Shown: positions 30,192 through 38,909 of the stretch, in pieces | How the letters are laid out: every line of letters starts with the position of its first letter | How positions within the stretch are numbered: the stretch's first letter is position 1 | Origin: Candidatus Dadabacteria bacterium | Lineage (GTDB): Bacteria; Desulfobacterota_D; UBA1144; Nemesobacterales; Nemesobacteraceae | Reading direction: 5' to 3' | NCBI GenBank assembly: GCA_026706695.1 | Contig: JAPOYE010000047.1 | Coordinates: 1,760-65,759 of the forward strand | Length of the DNA: 64,000 nt | Notes under the pieces: model-generated | Database searches by the model: none | Told to the model about the DNA's origin: nothing | Seen by the model: the letters and a program-made list of their open reading frames with translations, nothing else | Translations under genes and position numbers: made by a program

Positions 30192-31544
30192 TCAGGAGCC
30201 TTGCGTTGCGCCAAGACGCCTTCCCACCGAAGCCGCAAGAAACAGAACCGCTGCGATCAGAAACAGATTAAAAGTCCCGGCCTCAAGCTCGTTTCCGCTT
30301 CCGGAAGCAATCGCGCATCCTCCGCCTCCGCCGCTGCCGTCGCTGCCACCGCTACCCCCCTGTTCCGACCCCGGGTAAATACCGGAACCGAGAACATACT
30401 TCGTACCCCCTTCTATGCCGAAATCTGTACGTATGAAATACCCGATCTTGACCGATGTGCCGGGGGAGCGGCCGGGGATGGGGTTCCCCGCCTCACAAAA
30501 CACATCTTCATCTTCCGGGGACGGCCCGGAAGCAGGTGCTGTCTCTTCACAGAGCACCTCGTCACCAATAACAGTCGGATCTTCCCAAAGGTAAGTGAGG
30601 AAACCCTCTCCCGGGGTATCGTCTTGCCTGTCTACCTCTTCTAAAATGCGTTTGGCAACTTCAACTCCGTTGTCATCCACAAGACGCAACGACCTGTCTT
30701 GAAGCTGCGGGGAGTTTCCGTTAAAAATCCCGTACATCTTATCCGTACCGGTAACTATATAGAAATATATGGAACCCGACTGCCAGGGCGGTTCCCTCCA
30801 GCACGGCATAAGCTGAATCATTCTCATCAGCGGAAGCCTTCCCCGGGAGTTACCAACCTTGGCAAACTCCTCGGTAATGTGCGCCTCAACCCCCTCCAGG
30901 TAACGCACTAGGCTTGACTCGTCATTCACCATGTCGGCGCTAAGCCAGCCCTTTCCGGAGAGATCGGGACACGCGTCAAGCGACTTGGAATGATCCGCTT
31001 CCCTCAGCTCATGATCAAATCCGCCAACGTGTATAAAGGAATCCCCTGCTTCGCCCGTATCGGAATCCCCAACGGCGCAGATATGCCTGCCGCCTCTCCC
31101 GGTCCTGTCGTCCTGAACGCAGACCACCTCGTCACCCGCTCCTTCCGCCATGTCCATCAGTCTCCGGAAAACCGGGATGCCTCTCAAGGATCCGCTCAGG
31201 GCCCCGGGATGCCTCCCATGAAAAAGTATGATGTCGCCTGACTGAAAAGGAGCGTCGGTCGCTTCCCCGCCAGTGGACTTGTTAACGGTAATTACGTACG
31301 TGTCGCCGTGGCGCCATACTCCGTTATTGTTTCTCAAGGCGTTTCGGAATTCTACTCGACCCTCATCACTTGTGACCCGCGGCTCCCGGTGCTCTTTCAT
31401 GTGCAGCAAGAAATTTCTCATATCGTCCATGTCTCCCGCGCTCGCCTCCTTGGCAGTTACGCCATGGTGCGCAAAAGCGGGCGAGGTGGCGGAAAAAACA
31501 ATTGTACAAAAGAAAAGCAGGGTGAGCGCAGCAAATTTTTTCAT
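30192..31544 (-). CDS. secreted protein with two Cache-like (sCache_2-type) modules and a C-terminal sorting-signal-like tail
   Basis: 450 aa with signal peptide MKKFAALTLLFFCTIVFSATSPAFA. Module 2 reads like sCache_2: WQSGSIYFYIVTGTDKMYGIFNGNSPQLQDRSLRLVDDNGVEVAKRILEE...GEGFLTYLWEDP...KIGYFIRTD...KYVLGSGIY. Module 1 is more divergent. The tail is GGSGGSDGSGGGGGCAIASGSG...FNLFLIAAVLFLAASVGRR. Confidence 0.5.
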   Translation of the reverse strand: MKKFAALTLLFFCTIVFSATSPAFAHHGVTAKEASAGDMDDMRNFLLHMKEHREPRVTSDEGRVEFRNALRNNNGVWRHGDTYVITVNKSTGGEATDAPFQSGDIILFHGRHPGALSGSLRGIPVFRRLMDMAEGAGDEVVCVQDDRTGRGGRHICAVGDSDTGEAGDSFIHVGGFDHELREADHSKSLDACPDLSGKGWLSADMVNDESSLVRYLEGVEAHITEEFAKVGNSRGRLPLMRMIQLMPCWREPPWQSGSIYFYIVTGTDKMYGIFNGNSPQLQDRSLRLVDDNGVEVAKRILEEVDRQDDTPGEGFLTYLWEDPTVIGDEVLCEETAPASGPSPEDEDVFCEAGNPIPGRSPGTSVKIGYFIRTDFGIEGGTKYVLGSGIYPGSEQGGSGGSDGSGGGGGCAIASGSGNELEAGTFNLFLIAAVLFLAASVGRRLGATQGS

Positions 31545-31839
31545 GATTCAAAATCCCTCTCTTTTTGCCAATACAAGCTATAAGTTCCGGTCAACTGCGG
31601 ACCTCAATTCTTTGCCAGTTGATAATAACCGGATAGTCTTAAAAACGGAATTGAGACAAATTAATTCCTGTAATTTTAGATTCTTGCTTGATCAGGTCCG
31701 TGAATATCAGGGTTCTGCAGAGTTTGTCGGTTTTGCGGTGATTTTTGGGGAACAAGTGCCCGTATGCGGGTTCGGGAATCCAGAAACGCCGTTACGGACG
31801 GGCGCCGGAGGCTCAAGCGATAAAAAGGAGTAACAAAGA

Positions 31840-34368
31840 ATGATTCATAAGTCTTATGAGGCAATTAACCGGGTTGTACCTTGGAATATGATCCTTGCAG
31901 TGCTTATCCTGGCGACGGGCCACTCCATGGCCTGGGATGCATCCGCAAGAGAAGGGAACCTTGTCGGTAACCGGCCGTATTCCGAAGCGATATCCGGCAG
32001 TCTGCACCCCGTGAAAGTTATCACCCGCAGGGACATTGAGCTCTCAGGCGTAAAGAGGATGAGGGATCTGTTGGGTCGGTCGGCTTTTAACAATTTCGGC
32101 ATTGCAAGGCCGTTGCGCACTCTGACCCTGATTAACGGGCGTCGGGTCTCAGACGCCGGGGTTGACACAGACACCATTCCGATCGCGGCTGTCGAACGCA
32201 TTGAAATCTTCGCTGACAGCACAAGCGCCCTGCATGGCGGGGGAGCGGTCGGCGGCACCATAAATATCGTTCTCAAGAAAAACTATGAAGGCCTTGATAT
32301 CCAGCTAAACGCCGGGCGTCCCCGCGGTGAGGGCGCCGATTCCGAACACTTAAGCGTTCTCTGGGGCACAAGCGTTGGAGAGGGAAATCTTACTGTCGGG
32401 GCGGATATCTTCCGGCGGGACGAGGTACGCGACATCGACCGAGATTACAGCCGTGCCAGATATCAGGCCGGAGGTTCCTTCGCCGACACCGAAGGAGTGT
32501 CGTCTCTCGGCAACACGGTTTTCCTGGTAAAAGACGACGGAGGACGGGTCTCGGGAGCGCTGGGCGACTGCGACGAAAGCGTGTATACGGGGGAACTCAC
32601 GGATCCTCCGGGCGGATTTTTCGGCACCGTCTGCGGGTTTGCCTATGCGGACATCGCGTGGCACCTGGATCGCAGGCAGGATGACCACGCGTTTATGAAT
32701 TTCAATTATCCGGTAGGCGACGCAGCCGATATATACATTGAGGGACGCATAACCAGGGAAGAGCTAAGGAACCTGTGGGCGCCGGATCCGAACGTTTTCT
32801 CCCTTGCGCCGGATGAGGCGCTGAGAAACACCCTCATTGAAAGTGGAAACTTTGAAGGTCTTGACGAGAGCAATTTCCCCGAAAGTATCACGGTAGGCCA
32901 CCGTTTTCTGGGGCACGGCAACCGCCTGTGGGTTTCGGACCTTGTAGATTATGATATTACGCTGGGGCTGCGAGGGGACATTAAGGACAACATAAGATAT
33001 GACGGCTATGTTCACTACAATCGCTATGACTATGGCGTAGATGGCCATACGTTCATTAATGAACCCGTAATAAACGCCGCTATTGAGAGCGGAGATTACG
33101 ACATCCAGAATCCGCTTTCCGAAGCCGAAGAGCACAGAGCCGCGATCAGCGAGAGCAGCGTGCGGAGCGAGTCCAAATACGAAGATGAACACCTTGAGGC
33201 GGGGGTGGCGCTTGACGGCCCGCTGCTTGAGCTCATGGGCAACAAGCTTCGCTGGAGCGCCGGTCTGCAGGTCGCTAAAGTGGAGCAAAGCAATTCCAGA
33301 GAATATTTTAATCTTCGTGGTGAGCCGGTTAACGCGGACGATGTATTGGGGGGATCTTCGCAGTCGCTTATGGCCGATCGTCGGCGCCTCTCAGCTTTCG
33401 GCGATATTCTGGTGCCTTTGGGAGATGCGGTGGACGTGTCGTTTGCCCTCCGCCACGATGATTTTGATGATGTCGGGGGAGCCTTTTCGCACAGGATAGC
33501 GACGCTTTACCGCGTAATACCCAATATCGCGTTGCGCGCATCATGGAGCGGGGGAGCGCGAGCGCCCGGACTTGCAGCCCTGCATGTGGAGGAATTTGTC
33601 TACTACCCGTATGTATGCGACGCTGACACGCCGACTCCCGATTGTCCCAGGGACCAAGTGCGGGTGGTCACAGACAGTAACCCGGAACTGGAACCGGACG
33701 AGGCCGAAAGCCTTGGCGCCGGTGTCTCCGCGGGCTGGGGTCCGTTCTCAGCCGACTTTGACTGGTTTCGTCTTCGTCTTCAGGAAACACCGGCCACTTT
33801 GAGCACGCAGTTCGTCGTCAGCCTGGAGAGAAGCGGGAGGCTTAGCGAGTATCCGGGACTGAGCGTGACGCGTTCTGACGGTCGATTAACAGAAATCCGC
33901 AACCCGCTGACCAACAGCGGAGAGACTGACATGGACGGGTTCACGGTTCGGCTCGGCGGCGATCTGAAAACCGATCTGGCGAATTTCATGCTCAATGCCA
34001 ACTGGATCAGGATAACGAATTACGAGAGGCGCGTAGGAGTGGAGACGCAGCCCGGAGATATTCCGCGCAACCGTATTCATGTTCTGCTCCGCGCAGACCG
34101 AAACGACCTGACAGCGCAGTGGAACATGCACGCGGTTACGTCTTTCCGGAACGAAACCGACACTAAAACCTTCAGAAGGTGGATAGGGCACGATATCGCG
34201 CTTAGCTGGAGAAACGCTTTTGGCTTTAACTGGTTCGAGCTCACGGGAGGCGTTATGAATATCGGCAACGAGGGCCAGTCCCGTCCTGATTCCGATGAGG
34301 ATCACATATTGTATCTGGATTCGATCCTGGGACGCACGTTGTTTCTAACCGCAAAGTTCGAGATCTGA
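31840..34368 (+). CDS. TonB-dependent outer-membrane receptor
   Basis: 842 aa with a signal peptide and plug-domain motifs (VKVITRRDIELSG, RIEIFADSTSALHGGGAVGGTINIVLK). A long beta-barrel region ends in an aromatic-rich terminal strand (LFLTAKFEI). Confidence 0.85.
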   Translation: MIHKSYEAINRVVPWNMILAVLILATGHSMAWDASAREGNLVGNRPYSEAISGSLHPVKVITRRDIELSGVKRMRDLLGRSAFNNFGIARPLRTLTLINGRRVSDAGVDTDTIPIAAVERIEIFADSTSALHGGGAVGGTINIVLKKNYEGLDIQLNAGRPRGEGADSEHLSVLWGTSVGEGNLTVGADIFRRDEVRDIDRDYSRARYQAGGSFADTEGVSSLGNTVFLVKDDGGRVSGALGDCDESVYTGELTDPPGGFFGTVCGFAYADIAWHLDRRQDDHAFMNFNYPVGDAADIYIEGRITREELRNLWAPDPNVFSLAPDEALRNTLIESGNFEGLDESNFPESITVGHRFLGHGNRLWVSDLVDYDITLGLRGDIKDNIRYDGYVHYNRYDYGVDGHTFINEPVINAAIESGDYDIQNPLSEAEEHRAAISESSVRSESKYEDEHLEAGVALDGPLLELMGNKLRWSAGLQVAKVEQSNSREYFNLRGEPVNADDVLGGSSQSLMADRRRLSAFGDILVPLGDAVDVSFALRHDDFDDVGGAFSHRIATLYRVIPNIALRASWSGGARAPGLAALHVEEFVYYPYVCDADTPTPDCPRDQVRVVTDSNPELEPDEAESLGAGVSAGWGPFSADFDWFRLRLQETPATLSTQFVVSLERSGRLSEYPGLSVTRSDGRLTEIRNPLTNSGETDMDGFTVRLGGDLKTDLANFMLNANWIRITNYERRVGVETQPGDIPRNRIHVLLRADRNDLTAQWNMHAVTSFRNETDTKTFRRWIGHDIALSWRNAFGFNWFELTGGVMNIGNEGQSRPDSDEDHILYLDSILGRTLFLTAKFEI

Positions 34369-34458
34369 TACGCACAGCTGTTTTTTTCTAACGAGCTGCT
34401 GCTGGTAAAAAGACCTGACCCTATATAGAAACGTTTTCTTTTCGAAAAAACTACGTTC

Positions 34459-35076
34459 GTGTATTCTTACAGGAACGTGAAGATCTTTCTCTACTACGAC
34501 TACATCTGCCCTTTCTGCTTTCTGGCCACGGAGAGGGTGCTTGATCTCGCAAGGGAGTTCAGCCTCGAAGCGGAGTGGCTCGGCGTCGAGATTCACCCCG
34601 AGTACCCGGCCGAGGGAAAAAGACGGAAAAAGACGGAGAGGACCATCCGTATCTCGGAAACCCTTGATAACGTGGCCGCCGAGGCCGGAGTGGAGATAAA
34701 GCTCCCGGGATTCGTAACCAATTCGAGGCTCTGCCTTGAGGGAGCGGAGTTTGCGAAGGAGAAAAACAACTTCTTGGAGTTTCACAAGGCCTGCTACACG
34801 GCCTATTTCAGGGAGGGAAAGAATATAGGTCTTCTCGAAACCGTTCTCGAGGCGGGCGAGAAGGCGGGTCTTTGCCCCGAGGAACTCTCAGAATCTCTTC
34901 GGAAAAGAAACTTTTCAGAGAAAATAGAAAAGAACATGGAAAGCGCCCGGGAGAACATGGTCCTCGGCGTCCCTACCCTTTACCTTGGTGAACTCAGGAT
35001 ACACGGGATCCAGCCGCTTGAATCATACAGAAAACTTATAGAAAGGGAACTCCTGCGGGAGCAGCCTCTTCACTGA
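34459..35076 (+). CDS. DsbA-family (FrnE-like) thiol oxidoreductase
   Basis: 205 aa with the CPFC active site in the FLYYDYICPFCFLA context. Confidence 0.75.
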   Translation: MYSYRNVKIFLYYDYICPFCFLATERVLDLAREFSLEAEWLGVEIHPEYPAEGKRRKKTERTIRISETLDNVAAEAGVEIKLPGFVTNSRLCLEGAEFAKEKNNFLEFHKACYTAYFREGKNIGLLETVLEAGEKAGLCPEELSESLRKRNFSEKIEKNMESARENMVLGVPTLYLGELRIHGIQPLESYRKLIERELLREQPLH

Positions 35077-35110
35077 CCTGCAAACCCCTAGGAAATATCG
35101 GCAAAGCGGG

Positions 35111-36364
35111 TTATTCCCCCGTTCGCAGGTGAACCTCGCTTATCATCCTCGGGGTTGAGGAAACCACCGTGAAAGTTTTTCTTTCGAAAACTATCACGGT
35201 TCCGGGGGCGGGAATCGAGCCGTGTGTGTAGAGAAGGAATCCTGCCAGCGTCTCGTAATCCTCTTCCTCCGGAATGGCAAGCCCGAGGCCGTCGTTAAGC
35301 CGTCCTATCTCGACCGTGGGGTCTATGAGATACTGCCCGGCGCCGAGCCTTCTCCACGGGGTCTCGCCGGTGTCGTACTCATCCTCTATCTCCCCCACCA
35401 CCTCTTCGATTATATCCTCGAGGGTTATGATTCCCACTGACCCCCCGTACTCGTCAACCACAACGGCCATTCCGGCGCGTCCCCCCTTCATCTCGTCCAT
35501 AAGTTCGTTCACAAGCTTTGATTCCGGAACGTAGAAGGGAGGAAGGGCGTATTGCTCGACGTTCTTGTCAAGATCCTGCTCGCCGAGAACGTAAAACGAG
35601 TTGAGTATGCCGGTTATGTTGTCGACCCGGTCGCTGAAAATCGGAATTCTCGAGTGGCTTTTTTCCGCTATGAGCCTCCTGACGTCGCGAAGCGTGGACC
35701 TTCTCTCAAGCGCGTCCACCCTGACAAGCGGGATCATTATCTCTCCGACCGTGGTCTCGGAGTAGCCGAAAATCCTGCGAAGAACCCTTCTTTTGTAGTC
35801 CGAGCTCGGTTTGTCCTCGTCTTCTTCCATCACGTCCTCAAGCTCCTCGCGGGTTATGGAACTCATGTTCTGGCCCGGACGGTTCAATATCCCCCGGGTA
35901 AAGAGGTTGACGAAGAAAAGCACCGGGTAGAAAAGCTTGGAGAAAACCCAGAGCGGATAGATGATCCAGAGCACTATGGAGTTCCGCTTGCTCTCGAATA
36001 CCGCCTTGGGAACCACCTGGCCGAAAACGACGATGAGCGGGGTGAGCACGGCCACCGTGTAGAGACCGCTTCGCTGCCCGAAGATCTCCTCGAAATAAAA
36101 GGTGAGCACCAGGGTGTTTATTATGAGCGAAAGGTTAACCCCTATGAGGGTGGTGCCGATGAAGCTTTCGATCTTCGAGTGGGCGTTAAGAACCAGCCCC
36201 GCAGCGGCGGAGCCTTCATCGGCGAGGGACCTCATCTTTATCTTGTCGCAGGAGATGAGTGCTATTTCCGAACCGGCGAAAAACGCCTGCAGAATCAGAA
36301 ACAGCAAAATAAGAAGGACCACTAACTCAATGGACATCGCCGCGCGCCTCCTTGTTAACGTCAA
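35111..36364 (-). CDS. CNNM/DUF21 - CBS pair - CorC_HlyC family membrane protein (hemolysin-family / putative Mg/Co efflux)
   Basis: 417 aa: N-terminal 4-TM DUF21, CBS pair, and C-terminal CorC_HlyC (TLAGFLLYTHGSIP). Confidence 0.85.
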   Translation of the reverse strand: MTLTRRRAAMSIELVVLLILLFLILQAFFAGSEIALISCDKIKMRSLADEGSAAAGLVLNAHSKIESFIGTTLIGVNLSLIINTLVLTFYFEEIFGQRSGLYTVAVLTPLIVVFGQVVPKAVFESKRNSIVLWIIYPLWVFSKLFYPVLFFVNLFTRGILNRPGQNMSSITREELEDVMEEDEDKPSSDYKRRVLRRIFGYSETTVGEIMIPLVRVDALERRSTLRDVRRLIAEKSHSRIPIFSDRVDNITGILNSFYVLGEQDLDKNVEQYALPPFYVPESKLVNELMDEMKGGRAGMAVVVDEYGGSVGIITLEDIIEEVVGEIEDEYDTGETPWRRLGAGQYLIDPTVEIGRLNDGLGLAIPEEEDYETLAGFLLYTHGSIPAPGTVIVFERKTFTVVSSTPRMISEVHLRTGE

Positions 36365-37664
36365 CCCTTATCTCGGAAATCCTTTTCCCTTCCCTGCTCT
36401 TTACCGTGAAAACCAGTCCGCCGAACCCTATTTTCTCTCCTTCGGCGGGCAGCCTCCCGAAAAGATCGAATACGAAACCGCCCATGGTCTCGTTTTCCAT
36501 CCGAAGCGGGATCACGGCCTTCTCCAGTATGTCTCCCAGGTTCCGAAGCCCCGCCGAGCGCGCGACCGAGAAAAGGTAGTCGTCGTTGAATTCCTCTATC
36601 TTCATTCCCCCGGGAATCGTGATCGCTCCCCCGCGGACCGCGGGCGCAATCCTGTCGGGCACCGACCTTTCATCCTCTATCTCTCCGAAAAGCTCCTCCA
36701 GTATGTCTTCCATGGTCACCAGCCCGTCGAACCTTCCGTACTCGTCGACAACTATCGCTATGTGAATCCTGTGCATCTGGAGCTCCCGCAGAAGCGCCCC
36801 CGCGGGCTTGGAGCGGGGGATGAAATACGGCTTCCTCAGGCACTCGCTCACGGTGGCCGCAAGGTTGTGCTCGGTAAAATTCCACTTAAGAAGATCCTTG
36901 CCGTAGAGAACGCCCACTATGTTGTCCTTCTCCTCGTAAACCGGTATCCGGGAGCGGCCCATCTGGCGAACCCGTCCCACGGCCTCTTTGACCTCAATAT
37001 CGTGGGGAAGCGTGAAGCAGTCTATGGCAGGAGTCATTATCCTGTGGGCAGGCAGGTCCTCAAGCCTGAAAAAGCCGTCGGCAAGGTATTTTTCAACCTC
37101 GTTGAGCACTCCCTCGTCCCTCCCCATTCCCACCAGGACTTCAAGCTCGTCAGAGGAAATGTCGTTCCCCTGCGCGCGGTGTCCAAGGCCCGCCCCGAAG
37201 GCCCTTATGAAAAAACCGGAGACAAACAGGATCGCCCACCTGATCGGGGTGACCGCGACGTGGAAGGAATAAAGGGGAAGGGCAACCGCCTTCGAGATCG
37301 TTCTCGGGAACTTCACCCCGGCGGTCTTGGGAACGATCTCACCGAACACAAGGAGCGTGGGAGAGGCTATGGCCAGGGATATGAGGGCTACTGTCTGCTC
37401 GGGGGTGTCCTGGAGATATTCTCTCGCCGTGAGAGCTATTACGCTTGAGTAGGCTATGTTGAATATCTCGTCGGCCAGAAGAACCGTAGTGATTAGCTTG
37501 TGGGAATTGGAAAGGAGCTTCCCTATGGCCGCAGAAACTCTGCCTCCCTGCTTCGATATGCTTTCTCTCTGCGGACGGCTGAGGGAGAAAAGCGCCCCCT
37601 CGCTGAAGCAGAAAAACGCTGAGCAGCACAGCAAAAAAAGAATCAGAATGAAATTTTCGCCCAA
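36327..37664 (-). CDS. CNNM/DUF21 - CBS pair - CorC_HlyC family membrane protein, paralogue
   Basis: 445 aa with the same architecture. Its 3' end overlaps the start of the downstream paralogue by 38 nt. Confidence 0.85.
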   Translation of the reverse strand: MGENFILILFLLCCSAFFCFSEGALFSLSRPQRESISKQGGRVSAAIGKLLSNSHKLITTVLLADEIFNIAYSSVIALTAREYLQDTPEQTVALISLAIASPTLLVFGEIVPKTAGVKFPRTISKAVALPLYSFHVAVTPIRWAILFVSGFFIRAFGAGLGHRAQGNDISSDELEVLVGMGRDEGVLNEVEKYLADGFFRLEDLPAHRIMTPAIDCFTLPHDIEVKEAVGRVRQMGRSRIPVYEEKDNIVGVLYGKDLLKWNFTEHNLAATVSECLRKPYFIPRSKPAGALLRELQMHRIHIAIVVDEYGRFDGLVTMEDILEELFGEIEDERSVPDRIAPAVRGGAITIPGGMKIEEFNDDYLFSVARSAGLRNLGDILEKAVIPLRMENETMGGFVFDLFGRLPAEGEKIGFGGLVFTVKSREGKRISEIRVDVNKEARGDVH

Positions 37665-37688
37665 AAAAATCTTACCCCCGTGGATGAA

Positions 37689-38666
37689 TCAGCAGAAGTG
37701 CTCAAACCCCGCGGTATCGTAAAAAACCTCCTCTCCCCCTTCGTCGAAAAACCTTATTTTTCTCCCGGCTGTAACAGAACCGATTTTCGAGATGGCAATC
37801 CCGCAGAGACGCGAAACCTCCTCTATCGAGGCGCGGTTCTGCGAAGAAGAGGTGAAAAGAAGCTCGTAGTCCTCCCCGCCGGAGAGCGCGAGGCGGTAGC
37901 CGTCCTCCGAGAACCTGCCGCAGAGGGAAAGAAATCCGGGGGAAAGCGGAAGGCTCCCGAGGCTTATCTCGGCCCCCAGCCCGTGGTCGGAAGTCAGCTT
38001 CTCAAGGTCGCAGAAAAGCCCGTCGCTCACGTCTATCATCGAAGAGGCTATCCCGCGTTTCGCGACCATCCTGCCAACCTGGAGGCGCGGCGTGGGCTCG
38101 ATGTGTCTTGAAACGGCGCCCTCGCATCCGTCAATCCCGCAATCACCCGAGAGGGCCCTCAGGCCCAGGGCGGAATCCCCCAAGGTTCCGGTCACGTATA
38201 TGTCGTCTCCCTCAGAAGCCCCCGAGCGCAGGACGATATCGTCGCTTGATGCCTCCCCAAGCGCCGTCATGTTTATGAAAACGGTTTGGGATTCCGAGAG
38301 ATTCCCTCCTATAAGGCAGACATCAAACTCCCGGCAGCCCTCTGCCACCCCTTCCGAGAGATCCTCTATGAACTCCATTGAGTCCGCGCTACGACAGCCG
38401 AGGGAGCAGAGAAGGTACCTCGGCACCGCTCCCATCGCCCCTATATCGCTCACGGCGACGCAGACCGCCTTCCTGCCGAGCTGCCTCGGGGTCTGGGTTC
38501 CCAGGCGGAAGTGAACGCCTTCGACAAGGGTGTCCGTCGAGGCGACAAGGCATGCTTTGTCTCTGATTTTTACAACAGCGGAATCGTCCCCTATCCCCGT
38601 CAAAACTTCTTTCTGAGTAGCCTTGAACCTGTTGGCCAAAAATCTCAAGGCGTCTTCTTCACCCAT
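37689..38666 (-). CDS. thiL: thiamine-monophosphate kinase
   Basis: 325 aa with GIGDDSAVV....STDTLVEGVHF and the AIR-synthase-like fold. Confidence 0.9.
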   Translation of the reverse strand: MGEEDALRFLANRFKATQKEVLTGIGDDSAVVKIRDKACLVASTDTLVEGVHFRLGTQTPRQLGRKAVCVAVSDIGAMGAVPRYLLCSLGCRSADSMEFIEDLSEGVAEGCREFDVCLIGGNLSESQTVFINMTALGEASSDDIVLRSGASEGDDIYVTGTLGDSALGLRALSGDCGIDGCEGAVSRHIEPTPRLQVGRMVAKRGIASSMIDVSDGLFCDLEKLTSDHGLGAEISLGSLPLSPGFLSLCGRFSEDGYRLALSGGEDYELLFTSSSQNRASIEEVSRLCGIAISKIGSVTAGRKIRFFDEGGEEVFYDTAGFEHFC

Positions 38667-38909
38667 TTGCAGTTAGAAATTGTATTGTAAACGCAGTTGC
38701 GTGTCAATTGAGCTGGGGCATCCAAAAAAAATTTTTTCTCCCCTGTACACAGGCACAGAAGCGGGGTTTCGGGCGGATGGAGAAGCTGTTTTTCTTGACA
38801 CTAAAAACCGATGCAATTAGAATTAAATTCCACTTTCCGAAGGGTGGGTTGGGATCTTTTCTGAAGTATCCGTTTTAGGGTTGTTCTTTGCTTTTCAGGA
38901 GAAGAGCTG

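Noticed and set aside
36102-37448. Very long ORFs antisense to real genes, e.g. 448 aa at 36102-37448 (+), 385 aa at 20067-21224 (+), 278 aa at 29044-29880 (+), 275 aa at 11319-12146 (+), 257 aa at 35552-36325 (+), 255 aa at 26901-27668 (+) and 233 aa at 1956-2657 (+).
   Set aside because: Each lies fully inside a strongly supported gene on the other strand. Their translations are Arg/Pro/Gly-rich and low in complexity, with no motifs. This is consistent with shadow frames kept open by codon bias, since TTA/CTA/TCA codons are rare in the sense genes.
38667-38909. Searched the region upstream of dnaA for DnaA boxes and parS.
   Set aside because: There is no match better than 6/9 to TTATCCACA and no CACGTG core. 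The dnaA-dnaN spacer is the better oriC candidate.
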